From positions 15,318 to 79,317 of the IMG/VR virus record IMGVR_UViG_3300043694_000018: 64,000 bases of DNA. One strand, written 5' to 3'. The notes beneath the pieces were generated by a model. The model had not been told where the DNA came from and searched no databases. It was given only the letters and a program-made list of their open reading frames with translations. The DNA comes from a virus (taxonomy: Duplodnaviria; Caudoviricetes). Every line of letters starts with the position of its first letter. Position 1 is the first letter of the stretch. A program made the position numbers and the translations under genes. Positions 37,902 through 45,907 of the stretch are shown here, in pieces.

Positions 37902-38257
37902 CGCAGCGCACTCCGGCGGCCAAGCTGCTTGCCGATCAGTTCGGCCCCGACCTCGTCGCGGGCGTCGCTCTGCTTGACCCACGTGATTACGCCCGTGGCG
38001 GTCACGCCAGTCTCGCCGATCAGCACGCCGACCAGATCGCGGTCGCGCACGAGTTCGGGCATCTCCTCCTCCAACTTCTTGAGCCGGGCCTCGATGGGTC
38101 CCTCGTACTCGAAGACGCCTGCCTCGTTCATGCCGGTGTCGCGCACCGGCATCTTGACGCCGATCAGGTGAATCCGCTGGTAGCTATCGCCCATCACGAA
38201 CGACACGCGCCGGGTCTTCCAATTGCTCACGCCGCGCGGGCGACCCCGTGGCATCAC
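37898..38257 (-). CDS. Hypothetical protein (AT-hook-like N-terminus)
   Basis: PRGRPRG. Confidence 0.5.
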   Translation of the reverse strand: MMPRGRPRGVSNWKTRRVSFVMGDSYQRIHLIGVKMPVRDTGMNEAGVFEYEGPIEARLKKLEEEMPELVRDRDLVGVLIGETGVTATGVITWVKQSDARDEVGAELIGKQLGRRSALR

Positions 38258-38550
38258 GCCCTCCCCCGGATCGCTTCGCGCTCGCCGATCTGGCGGTCGA
38301 TCTCCGTGGCGATGGCGATCAGATCGCGCTCGATCTTGTTGAGGGCTTCGCGGCGCGCGATATGCTCATGGTAGGCAAGCGACGCCGCGTCACCCTTGGG
38401 GCTGGTGGCGATGGTCTGGTAGTCGCGGCCGTGGACCGTGAGGGCGCTCATCGCAGCTTGCGCGGCCTGTATGGCGTGGATGGCGTCGAGGTATTCCTGC
38501 TTCAGGACCTCGGCGTTCGTGCCGTTGATGTTGATCTGAGGAAACTGCAT
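38254..38550 (-). CDS. Hypothetical early protein
   Basis: ACACAGGAG leader; MQFPQININGT. Confidence 0.6.
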   Translation of the reverse strand: MQFPQININGTNAEVLKQEYLDAIHAIQAAQAAMSALTVHGRDYQTIATSPKGDAASLAYHEHIARREALNKIERDLIAIATEIDRQIGEREAIRGRA

Positions 38551-38572
38551 TGTCATTCTCCTGTGTTTCGAT

Positions 38573-38588
38573 GCCCTCAATTTAGGGC
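38573..38588. promoter_or_regulatory. Palindromic operator around the -10 box of a minus-strand promoter
   Basis: GCCCTCAATTTAGGGC; minus strand TTGTAG-17-TAAATT. Confidence 0.75.
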
Positions 38589-38616
38589 GTGACCGGGAGA
38601 ACTACAAGCCCTCTCG

Positions 38617-38820
38617 TCACTGGCCGCACTGGTCGGGGAACGGTTCCTGCCCCTTGTGGATGCGGGCGTCGTTCGTCGTCTTCAGGTTGGCCCGGCAGGT
38701 CTCGACGGCCTTGCTCCGGGCGATGCCGTCGCCGATCAGGTAGCCGGTCAGCAGCACGGCACAGCCGCTCGTGCTCAGCGCAACGCCCGCCAGTACGCAC
38801 GCCATGGCAAGACGCTTCAC
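38617..38820 (-). CDS. Small lipoprotein
   Basis: ALSTSGC lipobox-like motif. Confidence 0.5.
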   Translation of the reverse strand: MKRLAMACVLAGVALSTSGCAVLLTGYLIGDGIARSKAVETCRANLKTTNDARIHKGQEPFPDQCGQ

Positions 38821-39056
38821 GATGTCACCTTGGCCAGCGTGGCGTAGCAGTTCATGCCCGCCGTGGTGCGGACCTCCGTGCCATTGGCCAGCGTGAACGA
38901 GAACGCGCCGCTGTTCACGGCGAGGTCGTAGGCGTCCTTCCACGTCTGCGCGCCGGGATAGGTCTGGCACGTGACATTCCATGGGCCGCGCGGCGTGGCG
39001 GCGGCGACACTGGTGGCCGCGCAAACCAGCGCGGCGATGGCAAAAACTCGAATCAC
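38817..39056 (-). CDS. Small secreted protein
   Basis: Signal peptide IRVFAIAALVCAATSVAAA; two Cys in the mature part. Confidence 0.55.
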   Translation of the reverse strand: MIRVFAIAALVCAATSVAAATPRGPWNVTCQTYPGAQTWKDAYDLAVNSGAFSFTLANGTEVRTTAGMNCYATLAKVTS

Positions 39057-39063
39057 TCAACAC

Positions 39064-39113
39064 CTTCCTTTCGACGCCCTAAGCCCGCGTCAGCTTTTCA
39101 GGGCTGAGCGGGC
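39064..39113 (-). promoter_or_regulatory. Conserved hairpin leader element, copy A
   Basis: Plus strand GCCCGC-g-TCAGC/GCTGA-GCGGGC; followed on the minus strand by TAGGGCGTCGAAAG. Confidence 0.55.
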
Positions 39114-39141
39114 CGGGTTCCTGTGGTAGATCGGGGTGGTT

Positions 39142-39176
39142 GCCGGGCGGCCAACACAGGACACAAACCGCCCGGC
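39142..39176. ncRNA. 9-bp hairpin with a 17-nt loop matching the early-gene leader motif
   Basis: GCCGGGCGG-CCAACACAGGACACAAA-CCGCCCGGC. Confidence 0.4.
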
Positions 39177-39229
39177 GTCCCCCACGCGAGAGGGAGCGGC
39201 TTCCCATCCGCTCCCTCCCTCCCAAGTTC

Positions 39230-40348
39230 TTAGGCAGCGACGGGCACCGCCTCGACATCGATCACCGGCTGGGCAGCGGCGCGGCGGCGGCGGCGCACCG
39301 GGGCCGCGTCGGCCTCCAGTACCTGCTTCCACTCGGCCTGCGGCAGTTCCAGCAACTGGCCGCCCAGCTTCTCGAAGTCGACGGCGCGGTCGTAGTCGGT
39401 GGCGTCGTGGGCCTGCGCGGTGACGGCGTTCAGCACGCCCCACTTGCTCAAGTCGCCGCCCTCGATCAGCGACCGCAGGATGCCGCCGGTCTCGGTCTCG
39501 TTGGCACCGATCTTCTGGGCCAGCACCTCGACCGCAGCCGCCGGGTTGCCGACGATCTTGGCCTCGGTCATGCCCTGCATCTTGGCGACGACCTTGCCGA
39601 ACTCGATCTCGCCGACCGCGTTCCGCACCATGTCGCGGACCTTGAGCAGGATCGCCCGGTCGTCCGCCTTCTTCGTGTCGTCGGCCCACAGGGCCTCGTT
39701 GTCTTCGATCTTGCGACCGACGTGACGAGCGCTGAAGCGCTGGTCCGGCAGGATCATGCCGTTGAGGCAGCGCAGGCGGTACACCATCGGCGTCACCGAC
39801 ACCGCGCCGAAGCCGATCTCGGAGTTCGAGATCACGACACCGGCCTGCACCACGTCGCCGACCTTGACCTCGCCCTGTACACGCGGGCTCACCGCCTGAA
39901 TGTACATGCGCCGCTCAGTCACTTCGCAGGAGACGATCTGGACTTGCGGGATGTCGAGCAGCACCGGCAGCGCGACCTCGGCGATTTCCTCGTTCTCGAT
40001 GCGCTGATACTGGTTCGACAGGAAGGCGCGGACGTTGTCCTTCAGGACGCGGACCATGCGCTTCTCGGGGTTCGCGTGGAACCACGTGTTGACGTTCTGG
40101 GCCAGAAGCTCCGGCTGGTCGGCGAGCATGCGGTCGTAGTATTTGACCGGGATGCCGAGGCGGTTGGCGATCTGGTTGTGAGCAGTCGGCCGGATGGCGA
40201 GCGGCTGCTGGCTGGGGATGACGAGCGACGTGCCCGTCTCGCTGGGCCTCATCTCGACCGACGCGGTGTCGGCGATGAAGTCCTTCTTCTGGGTCTTCAG
40301 GCCCTCGATACGCTGGGCCAACTCGGAAAGCGACAAACCTTTAAGCAT
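39230..40348 (-). CDS. DUF932-like phage/plasmid protein
   Basis: RAFLSNQYQRIEN..ISNSEIGFGAV..RLRCLNGM..RHVG. Confidence 0.75.
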   Translation of the reverse strand: MLKGLSLSELAQRIEGLKTQKKDFIADTASVEMRPSETGTSLVIPSQQPLAIRPTAHNQIANRLGIPVKYYDRMLADQPELLAQNVNTWFHANPEKRMVRVLKDNVRAFLSNQYQRIENEEIAEVALPVLLDIPQVQIVSCEVTERRMYIQAVSPRVQGEVKVGDVVQAGVVISNSEIGFGAVSVTPMVYRLRCLNGMILPDQRFSARHVGRKIEDNEALWADDTKKADDRAILLKVRDMVRNAVGEIEFGKVVAKMQGMTEAKIVGNPAAAVEVLAQKIGANETETGGILRSLIEGGDLSKWGVLNAVTAQAHDATDYDRAVDFEKLGGQLLELPQAEWKQVLEADAAPVRRRRRAAAQPVIDVEAVPVAA

Positions 40349-40402
40349 TGAAGTGGTAGTTCCTGTGTTTGCTCCGGCTGCCGGGATGGTCCCGCCGGGC
40401 AC

Positions 40403-40435
40403 CACAGAGATAGGCTCACTGAAAAAGTTTTGCAA
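40403..40435 (-). promoter_or_regulatory. Sigma70-like promoter
   Basis: TTGCAA-17-TATCTC. Confidence 0.55.
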
Positions 40436-40444
40436 GCCCCTGAT

Positions 40445-40487
40445 GCCCTTTTTTGAGGGCCTATGGATTGTGCCCTATTTTGCGGGC
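40445..40487. promoter_or_regulatory. Operator pair
   Basis: GCCCTTTTTTGAGGGC (40445) and GCCCTATTTTGCGGGC (40472). Confidence 0.7.
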
Positions 40488-40684
40488 ATGACCACATCCA
40501 GCTTGCGGGGTGCCCGCTGGGTGGCGTGGTAGGTGCAGAAGTGGCCGATCCGGGCCGGGCGCTTGCACTGGTAGGCTGGCTTGGCCGTGGTCGGCGGCAG
40601 CACAGCGGCGAGGCAGCGCGCCGGGTCGACCGGCGGCTGGTCCTCCCTCGGCGAGTACAGGCAGCGCAGCGGCAGGGTGCTCAT
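40475..40684 (-). CDS. Small Cys/His zinc-binding protein
   Basis: RC..QCKRP..HFCTYH. Confidence 0.5.
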   Translation of the reverse strand: MSTLPLRCLYSPREDQPPVDPARCLAAVLPPTTAKPAYQCKRPARIGHFCTYHATQRAPRKLDVVMPAK

Positions 40685-40872
40685 GCCGGGGCCTTCTCCT
40701 CGGGCGCGTGGCTGCGCAGCGGGAAATCGCGGGTGGTGTGGCACTTCCACGTGCTGTTCGGCTTGTGCGGGTCCGTCACCCACTTGTAGCTGTACTCGGT
40801 CACGCCGGTCTTGATCAGCGTGATCTGCGCGCCGCACTTGGCACAGGTCGCGGTCTTCGTCATCGGCATCAC
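40681..40872 (-). CDS. Small zinc-finger protein
   Basis: CAKCG..C..H. Confidence 0.5.
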   Translation of the reverse strand: MMPMTKTATCAKCGAQITLIKTGVTEYSYKWVTDPHKPNSTWKCHTTRDFPLRSHAPEEKAPA

Positions 40873-41075
40873 GGGAACTTCTCTTTCAGGTCGTCCAGCA
40901 CCGACAGGCTCACCTCGGCGAGCCCGCCCAGAACTCCGTGCATGGCGTTCGCCAAGTCGCGGGCCTCACCCGGCTTCAGCGGCTTGTCGTCGCTGTTGTA
41001 GAGCCGGGTCATGACGCGGCGCAGCTTGGCGACCTCCATGCCGTCGATCACGAAGTCCTTGTCCTCGTCGCTCAT
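40869..41075 (-). CDS. Hypothetical protein
   Basis: Coupled ORF. Confidence 0.55.
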   Translation of the reverse strand: MSDEDKDFVIDGMEVAKLRRVMTRLYNSDDKPLKPGEARDLANAMHGVLGGLAEVSLSVLDDLKEKFP

Positions 41076-41491
41076 GCCAGCACCGCGCCCTGTTCGAGGT
41101 CGTAGTTCTCCAGCAACCGCCGGGCGGCGTCGATCTGGTCGGGCCGCATCTCCTCGGCAGCGCGCCGGTCGTTGGCGACCCAGCGCACGAAGCCCAGCAC
41201 GTGCCCGGCAAGATCGGGCGACTGGACGCGCCAGTGCTTGAGGTCGTAGCGGCCCACGTACTCCAGCCCATCGGCGAACACGACCTTGAAGTCGTGCTTG
41301 TCGTACCCGCCGCCGGTCGGCGCGGTGCGGCTGTTCGTGCGCAGCGTGTTGTTGGCGTCAGTCCAGCCCCGGCAGACCTGCACGATGCCGCACTCGCTGG
41401 CGAGGCCTTCGACGCGCGTGATCTCGATGCGCACCGGGCGGATAAGCTCGCGGTACACCTTGCCGTCCACGCCCTGATAGGTCGCGCTCAT
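41072..41491 (-). CDS. Hypothetical protein
   Basis: MSATYQG..; GGGYDKHDF motif. Confidence 0.55.
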   Translation of the reverse strand: MSATYQGVDGKVYRELIRPVRIEITRVEGLASECGIVQVCRGWTDANNTLRTNSRTAPTGGGYDKHDFKVVFADGLEYVGRYDLKHWRVQSPDLAGHVLGFVRWVANDRRAAEEMRPDQIDAARRLLENYDLEQGAVLA

Positions 41492-41667
41492 GCGGCCCCC
41501 TTGGCGAAGCGGTACTCGCGCTCGGCCCACTGGTCGAGCTTGCTGAGCTTGTCCTTGTACTCGGACTCGCTCAGCTTGCCCGCCATGTACTGGGCGTCGA
41601 TGGCGTCAGTGGTGCGCTCGACGGCGCGCTCGATCTGGTCCTCGGTCATGATGGTGTTCGTTCTCAT
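41488..41667 (-). CDS. Hypothetical 59-aa protein, probably leaderless
   Basis: Not in the ORF track: MRTNTIMTEDQIERAVERTTDAIDAQYMAGKLSESEYKDKLSKLDQWAEREYRFAKGAA. Confidence 0.6.
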   Translation of the reverse strand: MRTNTIMTEDQIERAVERTTDAIDAQYMAGKLSESEYKDKLSKLDQWAEREYRFAKGAA

Positions 41668-41702
41668 GCCCTCAATTTAGGGCGCGTCGTCGTTGCTTTC
41701 AA
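41668..41702 (-). promoter_or_regulatory. Promoter with operator around -10, start codon directly after
   Basis: TTGAAA-17-TAAATT-GAGGGC-ATG. Confidence 0.75.
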
Positions 41703-41919
41703 TGGGGAAGACGCGCTGGCCCGGACGATATTCGCGCACGTCGAGGATCGGGTCGTGGTCGTACAGGCGCAGCGACAGGCGCGACAGCCAGAGCAGCACC
41801 CAGTACAGGCCGTCGACCACGATCTGGCTGAGGCTGAAGACCAGCACCATCAGCAGGAACAGCGGCACGATGAGCGCCAGTATCAGGGCGAACGACGCCG
41901 CAGCGCGCAGGGCGTTCAT
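41677..41919 (-). CDS. Small membrane protein
   Basis: Long hydrophobic segment. Confidence 0.5.
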   Translation of the reverse strand: MNALRAAASFALILALIVPLFLLMVLVFSLSQIVVDGLYWVLLWLSRLSLRLYDHDPILDVREYRPGQRVFPIESNDDAP

Positions 41920-42245
41920 TCGGCCGCCACCTTGGCCGCCAGCGGCACCGGCACCGGGTCAGGCTCGATCACCGGCAGCGGCGCGACCGTGACGACCGGC
42001 TTGGCCGCGCGCTTCTGCGGCTTCACCGTGTAGTTCTGCAACAGGCGCTTGACGGTATCCACCACCATCATCTCGACCAGAAACAGCACCTCCTGTCGTG
42101 GCAGGTTGGCGTCGGCGACGACGACCCGGACGTGCTGGACGTGCGGGTCGGCGCTGACGACCGGGGCGGACCAGATGACTGGCCCGCCGGGCGGGACCAC
42201 TGAGCCGTTGCAGCAGTTGATCTCGATCTCGCAGACGTACTTCAT
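41916..42245 (-). CDS. Hypothetical protein
   Basis: MKYVCEIEINCC.. Confidence 0.45.
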   Translation of the reverse strand: MKYVCEIEINCCNGSVVPPGGPVIWSAPVVSADPHVQHVRVVVADANLPRQEVLFLVEMMVVDTVKRLLQNYTVKPQKRAAKPVVTVAPLPVIEPDPVPVPLAAKVAAE

Positions 42246-42490
42246 GCGTTGTTGCTTGAGCCTCCACCGTTTGAACGCTTGCGCGCGAGCACCCTGCTCC
42301 GCGCCCGGACGCAGGGCGCGCACATGCAGGAGTCGAGCGTCTTGTAGAAGATCGAGGCTGCATGCCACGCCGGGCACTCCTCGCGCAGGGCGATGGCGGC
42401 GATCTGGCCCACGTCATCCGGGCGCTTGACCCGGATGGAGGCTCGCACGATGCCTTCCCACTGCTGGATTGTGAACCTATGGCGTCCCAC
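42242..42490 (-). CDS. Hypothetical Cys-containing protein
   Basis: GTG start after GGGGAG; CMCAPC. Confidence 0.35.
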   Translation of the reverse strand: MGRHRFTIQQWEGIVRASIRVKRPDDVGQIAAIALREECPAWHAASIFYKTLDSCMCAPCVRARSRVLARKRSNGGGSSNNA

Positions 42491-42607
42491 TACACTCTCC
42501 CCATGTCCCCTTTGTAGGGCATGCAATCTGCGATTGACAAGGATGGAATTGTCCGACTGCGGCGCTCAGGTATTACCCCCAAAGCGCTCTTGCCTAACCT
42601 TTCGGGA

Positions 42608-42793
42608 TCATGACGACAGCGCGCTCCCCTCGCGGACGTTGCCCTCGATCAGGACCTCGGTGGTGTTCTTCATCACCAGCGCAGTGCCGTGCAGGTCGAT
42701 CTTGCTGCCCGGCAACCAGACGACCAGTTGATGGTCGTCCAGCGCCGGGTCGAGCTTCATCAGTTCGTCGCGCACTTGCTTGACGGTCGCCAT
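42608..42793 (-). CDS. Hypothetical protein
   Basis: RBS GGAGGTG. Confidence 0.55.
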   Translation of the reverse strand: MATVKQVRDELMKLDPALDDHQLVVWLPGSKIDLHGTALVMKNTTEVLIEGNVREGSALSS

Positions 42794-42794
42794 C

Positions 42795-43445
42795 TCACAC
42801 CTCCCCCGGATCGGCGTTGATCGCCGCGTCGCGCAGTTCCTCCAGCGCGGCCTCGTAGTCCGACTCGGCCTGTTCCTTGGCGTCGGCCTGTTCGGTCAGG
42901 TACTGCTCCCACGCGGTGGTCGCCCAGTCCTGAACGGCGTCGAGGTAGTCCTCGACCGTCGCGAGGTCGAGCCGTTCGGGCTCCGGCATCGAGTAGTTGT
43001 CGAGGAAGTCCTCGAAGCTCTGCTCCTCCGGCTCCTCCAGTTCGGGCTGGTCGAGGCCTTCGATCTCGTCGGCCCACGTCTCGCAGTTCTGGATGCGCTC
43101 CTGAAGCATCTCGCCGGTCGCGCCCTGTTGCAGGCCCTCCGGCATGTTGTCGAGGCTGCCTTGGCACTCCTCACCCAGCGACCTGATCTCGCCCGCGATC
43201 TCCACGAGCGCGTCATACAGGCCGTCATCGAGGCTGAGGTCGCCCATCTGTTCGCTGAAGCTACGCCACTGGCTCTTGAAGCTCGACCGCGTCAACTGGC
43301 TGGGACGCGGGTACGCCTTGCTGACGACCTTGGTCCCCGGCCCGCGCTGGTTCTTGAACGTCCACCAGTAGTACGTGTCACCCACCGCGATCCCGGCATG
43401 CGGGATCGCCTTGCGGGCGCGCTCGACCTTATTGACGCGCGGCAT
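42795..43445 (-). CDS. Acidic hypothetical protein
   Basis: 216 aa, typical codon bias. Confidence 0.65.
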   Translation of the reverse strand: MPRVNKVERARKAIPHAGIAVGDTYYWWTFKNQRGPGTKVVSKAYPRPSQLTRSSFKSQWRSFSEQMGDLSLDDGLYDALVEIAGEIRSLGEECQGSLDNMPEGLQQGATGEMLQERIQNCETWADEIEGLDQPELEEPEEQSFEDFLDNYSMPEPERLDLATVEDYLDAVQDWATTAWEQYLTEQADAKEQAESDYEAALEELRDAAINADPGEV

Positions 43446-43755
43446 CGGAAGCCTCCTTGGCCTTGCGCGCGGCTTCGTCGCGGTCCCGCTCGCGCAGCAT
43501 GTGATGCTGCACCAGCGTCGCGATCCGCTCCTCGTCGGCGAACAGGTCCTTCAGCGCGCCGTAGGCACCGCTCAGGTTCGCCACCTTGCAGGCGGCATAC
43601 AGCAGGTCGTTCGCGGCGTCCTTGTCACCGGCCGCGAAGCTCATGTCGATGAACACCGTGTTCGGCTTGTCCTCGGCGGTGTTCGCCCCAACCCGCAGGT
43701 TGGTGATGCTGCCGACAATCGTGCTGACGGTCGGCGGGTCCTTCCTTCTTGCCAT
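43429..43755 (-). CDS. Hypothetical early protein
   Basis: ACACAGGAG leader. Confidence 0.6.
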   Translation of the reverse strand: MARRKDPPTVSTIVGSITNLRVGANTAEDKPNTVFIDMSFAAGDKDAANDLLYAACKVANLSGAYGALKDLFADEERIATLVQHHMLRERDRDEAARKAKEASDAARQ

Positions 43756-43777
43756 GTCACTCTCCTGTGTTGTTGTG

Positions 43778-43797
43778 ACGCCCTAAATTTAGGGCGT
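43778..43797. promoter_or_regulatory. Perfect 20-bp palindromic operator over a -10 box
   Basis: ACGCCCTAAATTTAGGGCGT; minus strand TTGAAA-17-TAAATT. Confidence 0.85.
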
Positions 43798-44049
43798 GGC
43801 CTTCCCGTTTTCAAGGGCCGCCGCACGCTCGGCCTTGCTCGGATAGATCACGCGCTGGCGGCGGAACACGCGCTTCTGCGGCTCCGGCTCAGGCGTGCTC
43901 GGCCCATAGGGCGCGACGCCCGGCGGCAGGTTGTGGTTGATGATGGCGAGGTTGGCCGCCTCGACGGCGGCCTCGGCGAGCTTCAGCGCATCGTGCGCCC
44001 GGCGCAGGCAGGCGTAGGCCTTCACCAGCAGGTCGTGCCGTTCACTCAC
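43789..44049 (-). CDS. Hypothetical protein
   Basis: Coupled ORF. Confidence 0.45.
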   Translation of the reverse strand: MSERHDLLVKAYACLRRAHDALKLAEAAVEAANLAIINHNLPPGVAPYGPSTPEPEPQKRVFRRQRVIYPSKAERAAALENGKATP

Positions 44050-44239
44050 GCGGCACCTTGCTTTCGAGCACGATGACGCGCTTGATCCGGTCGTGCCAGA
44101 TGCGGAACGACTCGGTCGGCCGGTTCGGCACTTCGAGCACGATCTCGCAGTCGCTGTGGCGATAGGGCTCGGCCAGCCGGGCGGTGGTGTCGCCGCCGTT
44201 GGTCGTGAGCACGCGCACGAGGATGCCCTTGGGGATCAT
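44042..44239 (-). CDS. Hypothetical protein
   Basis: 65 aa, RBS GGAGG. Confidence 0.5.
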   Translation of the reverse strand: MIPKGILVRVLTTNGGDTTARLAEPYRHSDCEIVLEVPNRPTESFRIWHDRIKRVIVLESKVPRE

Positions 44240-44242
44240 GGT

Positions 44243-44527
44243 TCAGGCCTCCAGCGTCCGGGTGAGGTTCAGCCGCGCCGCCATCGGCACCCGGTCGAGG
44301 GTGTCGTTGGCGTTGACGATCATCGCCATGCTGTACGAGCCGTAGGGCTTGAACTGCTCGACGCCGTTGTAGACCGAGAGGCGGCGCACGACGCGCTTGC
44401 CGTGGACCTCGGTGGTGATGGTCTTCGCGGTGCGCGCCTCGATGCGGAAGAAGCTCCACAACTGGCTATCGCCCGTGAAGTTGTCGGCGTAGGTGGTGCC
44501 GACCTGAAAGCGCTTGATGTCGTTCAC
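44243..44527 (-). CDS. Hypothetical early protein
   Basis: GTG start after ACACAGGAG. Confidence 0.6.
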   Translation of the reverse strand: MNDIKRFQVGTTYADNFTGDSQLWSFFRIEARTAKTITTEVHGKRVVRRLSVYNGVEQFKPYGSYSMAMIVNANDTLDRVPMAARLNLTRTLEA

Positions 44528-44540
44528 GATGATCTCCTGT

Positions 44541-44566
44541 GTCACGCCCTAAATAGAGGGCGTGAC
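44541..44566. promoter_or_regulatory. Operator with 10-bp inverted arms
   Basis: GTCACGCCCT-AAATAG-AGGGCGTGAC. Confidence 0.8.
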
Positions 44567-44583
44567 GTTCGGGGTTCAAGGGT

Positions 44584-44769
44584 TCAGCGGCGGGTCTTCG
44601 CGGCCTTCTTGGCGGCGGCCAGAAAGTCGTCGCCGACCTTCAGGACGCTCACCCGGTGAAGCCGCGCGATCATGCGTAGCCGCACAGACGAGGTTTCGAT
44701 GACGCCCTTGGGCGAGGTGCGCTTGGCTTCCTCGACCAGCCGGGCAATCGCCTCTCGGTACTTGCTCAT
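44584..44769 (-). CDS. Small basic protein
   Basis: RBS GGAGGTGG. Confidence 0.5.
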   Translation of the reverse strand: MSKYREAIARLVEEAKRTSPKGVIETSSVRLRMIARLHRVSVLKVGDDFLAAAKKAAKTRR

Positions 44770-45173
44770 CGCACCACCTCCACCACTTCTCGCTCGGCGA
44801 GGTAGCGGTACTTGCCGTCAGCAAACTCGACGCGGGCGCGCATGTAGCGCGTGCCGCCAACGCTAGTCCGGCGCGTCCACTCGATGGCCGCGACCTCGCG
44901 GGCACCGTCGCCGCCGATCACCAGCCAGTCGCCGACCTTCACGGCCTCGGCCTCGATGTTCTCGAAGCGGCCGAGGTCGCCCTCGGCCATCTGCGGCACC
45001 GCGCGGGCCTTGGCCAGTTCGGCGCGGAGGTCCCACGCTCGGTCGAGCAGCTTGCGGCTGACGCTCGCGGCGTCGTAGGCATCCGACTCCAAGCCGTACT
45101 GGCTGAGGAGCTTGGCGGCCTCCTTGCACCGCGCGGAGGCGGTGAACAGAATCTCTACTTGTGTGTCAGTCAT
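44766..45173 (-). CDS. Hypothetical early protein
   Basis: Leader CCAACACAGGAC. Confidence 0.6.
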   Translation of the reverse strand: MTDTQVEILFTASARCKEAAKLLSQYGLESDAYDAASVSRKLLDRAWDLRAELAKARAVPQMAEGDLGRFENIEAEAVKVGDWLVIGGDGAREVAAIEWTRRTSVGGTRYMRARVEFADGKYRYLAEREVVEVVR

Positions 45174-45179
45174 GATGGT

Positions 45180-45237
45180 CCTGTGTTGGTTCTCTCGACT
45201 CCCCGACCCCGCTCACGGGTCCTAACCGTGGCGGGGT
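45180..45237 (-). promoter_or_regulatory. Conserved hairpin leader element, copy B
   Basis: ACCCCGC-t-CACGG/CCGTG-GCGGGGT plus a 24-bp block identical to 45841-45864. Confidence 0.65.
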
Positions 45238-45320
45238 TCTGGGGTGATGCCGGGGCTCGACCCGGCGGCTGCATTTCCTAGGCCGTCCCCGACACTCCGG
45301 GGTGCTTCGCCCTCCCCACC

Positions 45321-45349
45321 AAGATGGGGATGCTGAAAGATTTTTGCAA
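45321..45349 (-). promoter_or_regulatory. Sigma70-like promoter
   Basis: TTGCAA-17-CATCTT. Confidence 0.5.
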
Positions 45350-45352
45350 GCC

Positions 45353-45832
45353 CTAAAAAGAGGACATCAAAACCTCGTACTTTTCGCTCAGCCCGCGCAC
45401 GAGATCGGCAGCCTCAGAGAAGGTATCGGCCGGGACGCGCAGGGTCTCGACCGGGTGCTGCCCGGCATCTGGGCCGCTCATCAGCGTCGCGTTGCCGTTG
45501 ACGTATTGCACCGTCCAGAGCGTCTGGACCTTGGCCTTTGGGTTGGCCACGACCACGTCGAGCGGCTTGCGGTTGAAGCTATCGTCCAACAGCGTCGCCC
45601 GCTCGTACTCGTAGACCTTCGAGCCGGGGAACGTGTCGAACACGATGCGCCCGGTGGTCCGGCCCTCGGCGACCAGCCTGCGGCTGGCGTGGCAGCCAGT
45701 CTTGAACTCCATGCGGGAGTTGTGCTTGCGCTCGCCCCAGCTTGGCTTGTAGGCGTACTTCGCCACGTTGGCCTCGCGGCCGTCCGTGAGCTTCACGCGC
45801 TCGGCCGTCACTCGATAGACATACGCACCCAT
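45353..45832 (-). CDS. Hypothetical early protein
   Basis: ACACAGGAG leader; AKYAYKP motif. Confidence 0.6.
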   Translation of the reverse strand: MGAYVYRVTAERVKLTDGREANVAKYAYKPSWGERKHNSRMEFKTGCHASRRLVAEGRTTGRIVFDTFPGSKVYEYERATLLDDSFNRKPLDVVVANPKAKVQTLWTVQYVNGNATLMSGPDAGQHPVETLRVPADTFSEAADLVRGLSEKYEVLMSSF

Positions 45833-45840
45833 TGAACTCT

Positions 45841-45899
45841 CCTGTGTTGGTTCTCTCGACTCCCTGACCCCGCGTCAGGTTCTCAGGCCTGAGCGGGGT
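45841..45899 (-). promoter_or_regulatory. Conserved hairpin leader element, copy C
   Basis: ACCCCGC-g-TCAGG/CCTGA-GCGGGGT plus the shared 24-bp block. Confidence 0.65.
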
Positions 45900-45907
45900 T
45901 GCGGGGG

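Noticed and set aside
45867-45899. H-type pseudoknot between loop CCUGA and downstream U(C/U)AGG in hairpin copies A and C
   Set aside because: The linker of 0-1 nt cannot span a 12-bp stem and copy B lacks the pairing; at most an alternative fold.
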